A stretch of DNA of 32,000 bases from Geobacter metallireducens GS-15 (GTDB lineage: Bacteria; Desulfobacterota; Desulfuromonadia; Geobacterales; Geobacteraceae). Of this stretch, positions 8,176 through 15,583 are shown in pieces. A model generated the notes under the pieces. The model ran no database searches. It was not told the origin of the DNA and saw nothing but the letters and a program-made list of their open reading frames with translations. How positions within the stretch are numbered: position 1 is the stretch's first letter; every line of letters begins with the position of its first letter. A program made the translations under genes and the position numbers. The stretch covers positions 2,880,001-2,912,000 of the forward strand of contig NC_007517.1 in assembly GCF_000012925.1 (NCBI RefSeq), in the 5' to 3' direction.

Positions 8176-10101
8176 CTACCCCTCGGCACCGACGGTTTCC
8201 CACTCCTCATACAATCCGGCAATCCGTGCCGTCAGGGCGGCGTGCTCTTCCCCACCCTGCCGGGCCGCTTCCAGATCCTGAAAGAAGGCGGGGTCGGCCA
8301 TCCGCGCCTCCAACTCGGCAAGACGCTCCTCCTCCGCGGCGATGGCCGTCTCCAGCTCTTCCAGCCGCTTCTGGCGCCGCTTCTCGTCCCGCTGACGGGA
8401 CTTCTCCTCCTCCCGCTGGCGCAGCCGCTCTTCTTTTGATTCCGGCACGGAATCCGGGACCGGGGACCGGGGACCGGGGACCGGGGAAATCTGACCATCA
8501 ACCGCGGCCTTCTTCTGGAGATAGTACTCGTAGTCGCCGTGGTAGCTGGTGAGCTGCCCCCCTGCCACCTCCACCACCCGGGTGGCGAGGCCGTCGATGA
8601 AGTAGCGGTCGTGGGAGACGAAGACCACAGTGCCGGGGAAGGTCTTGAGGGCGTCCAGGAGCACGTCCTTGCTGAAGAGGTCCAGGTGGTTGGTGGGCTC
8701 ATCCATGAGGAGCAGGTTCGAAGGGCGCAGGAGCATCTTGGCCAGGGCCAGGCGGTTCCGTTCACCCCCCGAGAGGACCGCCACCTTCTTGTGGATGTCG
8801 TCCCCGGAGAAGAGGAAGGCGCCGAGGATGTCCCGCAGCTGCGGCACCATGGCAAAGGGGGCGTCGGCAAGGAGCTCGTCGTGGACGCTCTTGTCGCTGT
8901 CGAGAACCTGGGCCTGGTCCTGGGCAAAGTAGTCGAGGGCCACGTTGTGCCCCACGATCCGCTCGCCTCCCTCGAAGGGTTTTCCCGCCATAATTCCCAT
9001 GAGGGTTGACTTGCCGGCGCCGTTGTGCCCCACCAGGGCGATCCGCTCCCCCTTCTCCACGGTGAGATCAACGCCGTTCAGGACCACGTTGGGGCCGTAG
9101 GCCTTCACCACGCCGGCAAGCTCCATGGCGATCCGGCCGCTGGCCGGGGGATCGGGGAACCGGAAGCGGATTTTCTTGCGCTCCGGAGGGAGGACGATCC
9201 GCTCGATCTTCTCCAGTTGCTTGATACGGGACTGGACCAGGGACGCCTTGTCGGCCTTGTAGCGGAACCGGCTGATGAAGTCCTCGATCTTCTGGACCTC
9301 CTCGTCCTGGCGCCGCTTCGCCTCCCGCAGGGCCGCCACCCGCTCCTCCCGCTGGACCAGATAGCGGCTGTAGGAGCAGTGGTAGTCGGTGAGGACGCTG
9401 TTCCAGACCTCGGTGATCCGGTGGCAGACCTGGTCCATGAAGAAGCGGTCATGGGAGACGAGAATCACCGAGTGGGGATACTCGCACAGGTACCCCTCCA
9501 GCCAGTTGCGGGCCTCGATGTCCAGGTGGTTGGTGGGCTCGTCCAGCAGGAGCACGTTGGGCTTTTTCAGGAGGAGCTTGGCCAGAGCGATCCGCATCTG
9601 CCACCCGCCGGAGAACTCGCCGCAGTCGCGCCCCCGGTCAGCGGGGAGAAAGCCGAGGCCGTCCAGCACCCGGCATGCCTCCGCCTCCATGGCGTAGCCA
9701 CCCCGCAGCCGGAACTCCTCCTGGAGGTGCCCGTAACGATCAAGAAGCGCACCGTGCTCCGGGTCATCGTGGGGAATTTCCTCAAGGCGCCGGGTAAGGT
9801 CGGCCAGTTCCCGTTCCATCCGCTGGAGGTCGTCCAGGGCCGTCATCACCTCGGCCAGAAGCGGCCTTCCGCGGGTGACGATGCCGTCCTGGGGGAGGTA
9901 GCCGACCGTGGCACCCTTGGCGAAGATCATCTCGCCGGCCGAATGCTCCACGAGCCCGGCGACGATTTTCATGAGGGTCGACTTGCCGGCGCCGTTCTCC
10001 CCCACGAGGCCTACCCGCTCACCCTTTTTCAGGTGCCAGTTGATGCCGGTGAAGAGCGGCCTTCCCGCGAAGTCCTTGGAGAGGTTCTTGAGATGGAGCA
10101 T
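8176..10101 (-). CDS. ABC-F family ATPase (Uup/YheS-like, two ABC domains, charged C-terminal extension)
   Basis: Two Walker A motifs (GENGAGKST, GHNGAGKST), two LSGG signatures and two Walker B motifs (LLLDEPTNHLD, LLMDEPTNHLD), with no TM domain. I place the start at the ATG at 10101 (MLHLKNLSKDF), not the track start at 10149. Confidence 0.9.
   Translation of the reverse strand: MLHLKNLSKDFAGRPLFTGINWHLKKGERVGLVGENGAGKSTLMKIVAGLVEHSAGEMIFAKGATVGYLPQDGIVTRGRPLLAEVMTALDDLQRMERELADLTRRLEEIPHDDPEHGALLDRYGHLQEEFRLRGGYAMEAEACRVLDGLGFLPADRGRDCGEFSGGWQMRIALAKLLLKKPNVLLLDEPTNHLDIEARNWLEGYLCEYPHSVILVSHDRFFMDQVCHRITEVWNSVLTDYHCSYSRYLVQREERVAALREAKRRQDEEVQKIEDFISRFRYKADKASLVQSRIKQLEKIERIVLPPERKKIRFRFPDPPASGRIAMELAGVVKAYGPNVVLNGVDLTVEKGERIALVGHNGAGKSTLMGIMAGKPFEGGERIVGHNVALDYFAQDQAQVLDSDKSVHDELLADAPFAMVPQLRDILGAFLFSGDDIHKKVAVLSGGERNRLALAKMLLRPSNLLLMDEPTNHLDLFSKDVLLDALKTFPGTVVFVSHDRYFIDGLATRVVEVAGGQLTSYHGDYEYYLQKKAAVDGQISPVPGPRSPVPDSVPESKEERLRQREEEKSRQRDEKRRQKRLEELETAIAAEEERLAELEARMADPAFFQDLEAARQGGEEHAALTARIAGLYEEWETVGAEG
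8454..8488. repeat. Five tandem heptamers CCGGGAC CGGGGAC CGGGGAC CGGGGAC CGGGGAA inside the ABC-F coding region
   Basis: Read directly. On the coding (minus) strand it encodes ..SPVPGPRSPVPDS.. between the second ABC domain and the charged tail. Confidence 0.95.
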
Positions 10102-10215
10102 GGAGTTCCGTTCCGTGTTGGAGTGATGGCGCCATTGTAGGGGGGGCAAATCGGCCTTGTCAATGTTCTCACTAACATTCCGCGTCCCTCAATGACCGCA
10201 AATGCCAGTTTTTTC

Positions 10216-10244
10216 TTATTAACAGCAAAAAACTCTGGTATAGT
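10216..10244 (+). promoter_or_regulatory. Candidate sigma70 promoter for rne with extended -10 (TTATTA-17 nt incl. TGG-TATAGT)
   Basis: TGgTATAGT lies at 10236-10244, with a weak -35 at 10216-10221. This would leave a 5' UTR of about 140 nt. Motif match only. Confidence 0.3.
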
Positions 10245-10390
10245 TTATCGATTTTACGCGACTTCAAGGCCCTTCGACTCCGTAGCGGGCCTTTGAATAC
10301 ACATCAATCGGGCTGCCCGGCTCCGTGCCTGGGGCGGCCGACATTTCAGCGGCGCGGGGTGCGCCCCGCCGCCCAAAAGGACAGGAACCT

Positions 10391-12811
10391 ATGGCAAAAA
10401 AGATGCTCATCAACGTGATGCATCCGGAGGAGGCCCGCGTTGCCATCGTCGAAGACGGCAAGCTGGACAATCTGGACATCGAGATCGCGGGGAGCGAACA
10501 GACCCGCGGCAACGTCTACAAGGGGGTCGTGGTCCGGGTGGAGCCGGGGCTCCAGGCGGCCTTCGTGGATATCGGGGCCAAAAGGCTCGGCTTCCTCCAG
10601 ATGGGGGAGATTCACCCCTCCTTCTGGCAGTGGCGCGACGACGTCCCCCCCGAGAACCGCAACCGCCGCCCCCGCATCCAGGAAGTGATCCGCCGGGGCC
10701 AGGAACTCATCGTCCAAGTGGAAAAGGGTGAACGGGACATGAAGGGGGCGGCCCTCACCACGTACATGTCGTTCCCGGGGCGCTACATGGTCCTTATGCC
10801 GGGAAGCGACTCCGCCGGCATCTCCCGCAAGGTGGAGAGCGATGCCGACCGCAAGAAACTGAAGGAGAAGCTCAGCCAGATGGAGATCCCCGAGGGGATC
10901 GGCTATATCGTCCGGACCGAGGCCCTCGGCAAGACCAAGACCGAGCTGAACAAGGACCTCCAGAACCTCCTCACTCTTTACAAGTCGATCCAGGAAAAGG
11001 CGGCCGCCCTCAAGGCCCCGGCCCTCATCCACCAGGAGATGAACGTGGTCATCCGGACCATCCGCGACTACTTCACCGCCGAGATCGACGAAGTGCTCGT
11101 GGACAGCAAGGAGGTCTACAAGGAGGCCCGGGACTTCTTCAAGCAGACCATGCCCAAATACGAGAAACTGGTGAAGCTCCACACGGAGAAGCGCCCCATC
11201 TTCTCCCGCTACCAGATTGAGGAGCAGATCGACCTCATCTACGAGAAGAAGGTCCCTCTAAAATCCGGCGGCTACCTCATCATCGAGCCCACCGAGGCCC
11301 TGGTCTCCATCGACGTCAACTCCGGCAAGACCACCGGGGAGAAGGGGGTGGAGGATACCGCCTACAAGACCAATTTGGAGGCGGCGGAAGAGGCGGCCCG
11401 GCAACTGCGGCTGCGGGACCTGGGGGGGCTCATCGTCCTTGATTTCATCGACATGCGGGACCGCAAGCACAACGCCACCGTGGAGAAGACTCTCAAGGCC
11501 GCCCTCAAGGAGGACAAGGCCCGGGTCGAGGTGGGGCGCATCTCTCAGTTCGGCATGCTGGAGATGTCCCGCCAGCGGATCAAGCAGACCCTTGAGCAGG
11601 GAAGCACCCTCGAATGCCCCCACTGCAGCGGCCGGGGGAAGGTGAAGAGCGTTGAGAGCATGGCCCTCTCCTTCCTCCGCAAGGTCCACGCCGCCGCAGC
11701 CAAGGGAACCGTGGCCGAGGTTCATGGCGGCCTCCCCCTGGAGGTGGCCTACTACCTCCTGAACCGCAAGAAGCGAGAACTGGCCCGGATCGAGGACGAC
11801 TACGACATCGTGGTGACGGTCAAGGGGCGGACTTCGTTCCTCATGAACGAGCTGGAACTGGAGACGGTCAAGCGGGAAAAGCCGGCTCACATCGAGCATC
11901 CGGCCGAAGCGGCGGAGGCGCCGGAAAAGAAGCCGGAAACCGTCATGGAAGCCGCCGAGGCCGTGGAACCCGAGGAGACGGCTCTCCAGGAAGGCGGAGA
12001 AGGGAAAAAGCGCAAGCGTCGCCGCAGCCGCAAGAAAGGAAAGGGAGAGGAAACTCCGGCCGTCTCCCTTGCCGAAGAGCCTTTGCAGGAGGAAGAAGTC
12101 GTCGGGGAGCCTGAAGCCGGTGAGGAACCGGAGGAGATCGAAGAGGGGGTCGAGGCTGCGCCGGGTGAAGAAGCCAAGAAAAAGCGGCGCAGGAGACGGC
12201 GCCGCGGGAAGAAGCCGCGCGCCGGCGAAGCCGGCGAGGTTCCGGCCGCTGAAGTCACCGCTGAGATTGTGACTCCCGAGCCGGCCGTCGAACCCTCCGC
12301 GCCGATTGATGCGGAATCCGCAGCGGAAGCAGAGGAACCAGCAGAACCGGCTGCAGAGGAGGCGAAAAAGAAGCGCCGCCGCCGCAAGCGCCGCAGCGGC
12401 AAGCGAGAGGAGGAGGGACTGGCCGCCGAAGAGGCAGCCACCCCGCAAGAAACAGCCCCAGTGGCGCCGGAGCCTGCGCCTGCATCGGCTGTCGAGCCTG
12501 CACCGGAAGAGCCGAAGCCGAAGAAGACCCGTGCACCGCGTACCAAAAGGGCTGCTGTTGCGGCTTCAGAACCCGCGGAGCCACAGACCGTCGAGGCGGT
12601 ATCCGCCGAACCGGCACCTACTGAAGCGGCACCGGCAAAGCCTGTGCGCAAACGGGCACCCCGCAAGAAAGCCGTCGCGGAGGAGGAAGCCATCGCCCCT
12701 GAGGCGCACGCGCCGGAGCCGACGCCGGAAGCCGAGGCACCGAAACGCAAGCGGGCACCGCGCAAGAAGAAGGAAACCCCTGAAGCTCCGCCTGAGAATG
12801 ATACTCCATGA
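10391..12811 (+). CDS. rne: Ribonuclease E (RNase E/G family catalytic N-terminal half plus long low-complexity scaffold tail)
   Basis: MAKKMLINVMHPEEARVAIVEDGKL.., S1 domain, DNase-I-like region and Zn-link CPHCSGRG. The tail is E/A/P/K/R-rich. I place the start at the ATG at 10391, preceded by AGGACAGGA. The track start at 10325 adds an unlikely extension. Confidence 0.93.
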   Translation: MAKKMLINVMHPEEARVAIVEDGKLDNLDIEIAGSEQTRGNVYKGVVVRVEPGLQAAFVDIGAKRLGFLQMGEIHPSFWQWRDDVPPENRNRRPRIQEVIRRGQELIVQVEKGERDMKGAALTTYMSFPGRYMVLMPGSDSAGISRKVESDADRKKLKEKLSQMEIPEGIGYIVRTEALGKTKTELNKDLQNLLTLYKSIQEKAAALKAPALIHQEMNVVIRTIRDYFTAEIDEVLVDSKEVYKEARDFFKQTMPKYEKLVKLHTEKRPIFSRYQIEEQIDLIYEKKVPLKSGGYLIIEPTEALVSIDVNSGKTTGEKGVEDTAYKTNLEAAEEAARQLRLRDLGGLIVLDFIDMRDRKHNATVEKTLKAALKEDKARVEVGRISQFGMLEMSRQRIKQTLEQGSTLECPHCSGRGKVKSVESMALSFLRKVHAAAAKGTVAEVHGGLPLEVAYYLLNRKKRELARIEDDYDIVVTVKGRTSFLMNELELETVKREKPAHIEHPAEAAEAPEKKPETVMEAAEAVEPEETALQEGGEGKKRKRRRSRKKGKGEETPAVSLAEEPLQEEEVVGEPEAGEEPEEIEEGVEAAPGEEAKKKRRRRRRRGKKPRAGEAGEVPAAEVTAEIVTPEPAVEPSAPIDAESAAEAEEPAEPAAEEAKKKRRRRKRRSGKREEEGLAAEEAATPQETAPVAPEPAPASAVEPAPEEPKPKKTRAPRTKRAAVAASEPAEPQTVEAVSAEPAPTEAAPAKPVRKRAPRKKAVAEEEAIAPEAHAPEPTPEAEAPKRKRAPRKKKETPEAPPENDTP

Positions 12812-12837
12812 CGAACGGACGGTGAGGAGGAACGATC

Positions 12838-13665
12838 ATGATCAACCACATCGCGATAACGGCGCTTGCCGCCCTTCTGATGGTCTCCCCCTGCCTCGCA
12901 GCGGGTCTTGAGGAGATCAGCGCCTACGGCTACGGCGGATACTTTTCCTGGCAGGAGTATACTAACGACGGCAGCCGCATCGTAAGGGAGAGCGGTCCCA
13001 TCTTCGGCGCCGGCGCCGCAGCGAGGGTCGACCTTCTCCAAAGATCCCTCATCCTGCACGGCAAGGCCGAACTGTTCGGGACGGTGGTCGACTACGCAGG
13101 GCAGACGCAGGCCTCCAGCGACCCTGCCGAAAATAACCGGCCCGCCGACTCCGACACCCGCTATTTCGGCGGCAAAATCGAAGGAGATCTGGGGTGGCGA
13201 TTCGCCTTCAGTGGCGGATCGCTGGAGCCCTTCTTCGGGATCGGCTACCGGACGTGGCTCAGGGACATTGCCAGCTCCACCGCCACCACCGAAACAGGCA
13301 GACGCTTTGCGGTGGGAAGTGCCACCGAATACTGGGATACCATCTACACCCGCTACGGGCTCAAGGGCGAACTCCCTATCGGCAACGAAACGGCTATCTT
13401 CCTGGAGGCGGGCGCCAAGTATCCCCTCTACACCCGCAACAGGGCCGAGGACACCTCCGCCGGCGATGTCACCCTCGAACCCCGTTCCGACTGGTCGGCG
13501 TTCGCCGAACTGGGGGTCCGCCACAAGGCGTTTCGCCCTGCCGTCTTTTACGAGGGATTCCGCTTCCGGCGCTCTCCCGTTGAGCAACGAGGCATATACC
13601 AGATACACCAGCCCACGTCTGACTCGGATATTGTGGGTATTTCCCTGGCATACACCTTCCGTTAG
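12838..13665 (+). CDS. Putative outer-membrane beta-barrel protein (signal peptide, C-terminal aromatic beta-signal)
   Basis: Signal-like MINHIAITALAALLMVSPCLAAG, alternating amphipathic strands rich in Y/G, and an ending ..GISLAYTFR. Strong SD GAGGAGG. Begins 26 nt after the rne stop. Confidence 0.7.
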   Translation: MINHIAITALAALLMVSPCLAAGLEEISAYGYGGYFSWQEYTNDGSRIVRESGPIFGAGAAARVDLLQRSLILHGKAELFGTVVDYAGQTQASSDPAENNRPADSDTRYFGGKIEGDLGWRFAFSGGSLEPFFGIGYRTWLRDIASSTATTETGRRFAVGSATEYWDTIYTRYGLKGELPIGNETAIFLEAGAKYPLYTRNRAEDTSAGDVTLEPRSDWSAFAELGVRHKAFRPAVFYEGFRFRRSPVEQRGIYQIHQPTSDSDIVGISLAYTFR

Positions 13666-13684
13666 ATCATTTCATTCCTCGACG

Positions 13685-13712
13685 CGGGGCTTCGCACGAA
13701 GCCCCGTTTTTT
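13685..13712 (+). terminator. Rho-independent terminator after the OMP gene
   Basis: CGGGGCTTCG-ca-CGAAGCCCCG stem followed by TTTTTT. Confidence 0.8.
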
Positions 13713-13943
13713 ACCGCATATCTGTATATCTCTCGCATACACCCTCTGGCTCCTCGACCAATCTTTCGCAATAGCAACACGTTACAACACTCCACCTTCA
13801 GACTGTCGTCCCATTCGCTCCGCGTGTGTGTATCAAAAAATCATACGCTATGCGTCCGCAACTCTTCCAGCCATCCTGTCCAAAGCGACATTTACACAAT
13901 AGTGTCGGCTAGTTACACAAAACACCCCTCACCCTCTCTGGAT

Positions 13944-13959
13944 TGGTATGTACGGTGCA
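13944..13959 (+). promoter_or_regulatory. Candidate sigma54 (-24/-12) promoter TGGTATGTACGGTGCA
   Basis: GG at 13945-13946 and GC at 13957-13958 have the canonical 10-nt separation (consensus TGGCACG-N4-TTGCA). It lies 58 nt upstream of the small-ORF ATG. Motif match only. Confidence 0.3.
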
Positions 13960-14016
13960 ATACTAAGCAGGTGTCTAGCAATGGTTACAGATTCACAACA
14001 AAAGAGGACCACCATT

Positions 14017-14241
14017 ATGCTAGTGGAAATCAGTTTCCCCCTCCTTCAGGATATATCCTCCCCGTTCATATTGAATTGCTTCGGCATCGACGAGTTCCTA
14101 CTGGTCTTTTTCATCGGCCTGGGAACCATTGCCTTCGCCTGCCAACTGGTGCCCGGAGTGCTGTTGTTTGTTTCGATGGTCAGAAGCATCTACTCCTTCC
14201 CCCGCCCCGACACAAGGCCTTCGGCCGAAGGAGTGGAATAG
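14017..14241 (+). CDS. Putative small membrane protein, 74 aa (inner ATG of track ORF 13948..14241)
   Basis: SD AAAGAGGA sits 8 nt upstream of the ATG at 14017. There is one clear hydrophobic helix (FLLVFFIGLGTIAFACQLVPGVLLFVSMV). The ORF is bracketed by a promoter-like motif and a strong terminator. I recognise no family. Confidence 0.4.
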   Translation: MLVEISFPLLQDISSPFILNCFGIDEFLLVFFIGLGTIAFACQLVPGVLLFVSMVRSIYSFPRPDTRPSAEGVE

Positions 14242-14288
14242 ATTGAGGCAAGAAACCTGACGGATGCTTTTCCATTCACGGCTTCAAG

Positions 14289-14325
14289 AGCCGTCCCCGG
14301 GCAGCGGGGACGGCTTTCTTGTTTC
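14289..14325 (+). terminator. Rho-independent terminator
   Basis: An 11-bp stem AGCCGTCCCCG / CGGGGACGGCT (14289-14299 pairs with 14305-14315) with a 5-nt loop, followed by TTCTTGTTT. Confidence 0.75.
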
Positions 14326-14374
14326 CAGTGTCCGCCTCCGTGAAATTGCGCGCCGGTATGATACAGTGTAATCC

Positions 14375-15577
14375 ATGATAACCATCGAAGCATTCAAGGG
14401 GAACTCTGTTCAGGAGCAGCAGGTGGAAATCGTGGAGCGGAAGGGGAAAGGCCATCCCGACTTCATCTGTGACGCGGCCATGGACGCCGTCTCCGTGGCC
14501 CTGTCCCAGGAGTATATCCGGCAGTTCGGCCGCATTCTCCACCACAACATCGACAAGAGCCTCCTTGCGGCGGGAAGCGTGGAAAAGCGCTTCGGCGGCG
14601 GCCGGGTAATCCGTCCCATGGAGCTCATCATCGGTGACCGGGCCACGTTTTCCGTGGGAGATCGGCAGATTCCGGTGACGGAGATCGCCCTGGGCGCCGC
14701 CCGTGAGTGGTTCAGAAAGAACCTCCGTTTCGTGGACCCGGAGCTGCACGTAAATTTCCGTGTGGTGCTGGCGCCGGGATCTGAAGAACTCACCGACATC
14801 TTCGCCCGGCCGGGGGAAGTCATGGCAGCCAACGACACCTCGGCAGCCGTGGGCTACTGGCCCCTCTCGCCGACGGAACTGGCGGTCCTCGCCCTGGAAC
14901 AGCACCTGAATTCCCGGGAGTTCAAGGAGCACTTTCCCGAAACCGGCGAAGACATCAAGGTCATGGGCCTACGCTCGGGGAAAGATCTCGAGCTGACCGT
15001 GGCAATGCCGTTCCTGGCGCGGTTCATCGAATCAGAAGGGGAATACTTCGCCAGAAAGGGCGTGGTTGAGAGAGAGATTGGTGAGTTTCTCACGGGACTC
15101 CCCGGTTTCGGCCGAAAAGGGGTTCGCCTCAACGCCCTTGACGAACCGGGACGGGGACTTGGAGGCGTCTACCTGAGCCTCCTGGGCACCTCGGCGGAAG
15201 ACGCCGATTCGGGCCAGGTTGGTCGCGGCAACCGGGTCAACGGGATCATTGCCCTGGGGCGGCCCCTCGGCACCGAGGCCGCCGCCGGCAAGAACCCGGT
15301 GAGCCATGTGGGAAAAATCTACAACATCCTTGCCCACCGGCTCGCCCAGGAGATTTGCGAGGAACTGGAGGGGGTCAGAGAGGCCCACGTTCTCTTGTTG
15401 AGCCGGATCGGCACCCCCATCGACCGCCCCCGGATGGCGGCGGCCCAGCTGCTGCTGGAAAAGGGAATTCGGCTCGGCAATGTTTCGGCAAAGGCCGAGG
15501 AGATCATCGGCCAGAGGCTGGCTGGTATCAACGGATTCTGCATGGAACTGGCGGCTGGCCGCTATCCGGTCTGCTGA
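14375..15577 (+). CDS. Archaeal-type S-adenosylmethionine synthetase (methionine adenosyltransferase, PF01941-like)
   Basis: Hallmark blocks shared with archaeal MAT as I remember it: VERKGKGHPDFICD, HHNIDK, ANDTSAAVGYWPLS, GEDIKVMG, LLGTSAEDADSGQVGRGNRVNG and GKNPVSHVGKIYNILA. It is not the bacterial MetK fold family. Confidence 0.9.
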   Translation: MITIEAFKGNSVQEQQVEIVERKGKGHPDFICDAAMDAVSVALSQEYIRQFGRILHHNIDKSLLAAGSVEKRFGGGRVIRPMELIIGDRATFSVGDRQIPVTEIALGAAREWFRKNLRFVDPELHVNFRVVLAPGSEELTDIFARPGEVMAANDTSAAVGYWPLSPTELAVLALEQHLNSREFKEHFPETGEDIKVMGLRSGKDLELTVAMPFLARFIESEGEYFARKGVVEREIGEFLTGLPGFGRKGVRLNALDEPGRGLGGVYLSLLGTSAEDADSGQVGRGNRVNGIIALGRPLGTEAAAGKNPVSHVGKIYNILAHRLAQEICEELEGVREAHVLLLSRIGTPIDRPRMAAAQLLLEKGIRLGNVSAKAEEIIGQRLAGINGFCMELAAGRYPVC

Positions 15578-15583
15578 AGGGAA

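Noticed and set aside
8454-8488. Possibility that the heptamer arrays (also 29790-29867 and 31332-31458) are CRISPR-like
   Set aside because: The units are 7 nt, contiguous and without unique spacers, and no cas genes are present. They are micro-/minisatellite-type arrays, not CRISPR.
11887-13608. 573-aa ORF on the - strand
   Set aside because: It is antisense to the rne tail and the OMP gene. Its low-complexity S/A/G/R composition is a high-GC shadow frame.
13824-14246. 140-aa ORF on the + strand in the lower-GC intergenic unit
   Set aside because: Its composition is not protein-like (H/R/P/S-rich, with no hydrophobic core pattern) and it has no SD. The overlapping 74-aa frame with an SD and a TM helix is the better candidate, though still uncertain.
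14276-14932. 218-aa ORF on the - strand
   Set aside because: It is antisense to the archaeal-type MAT gene, which has strong family motifs.
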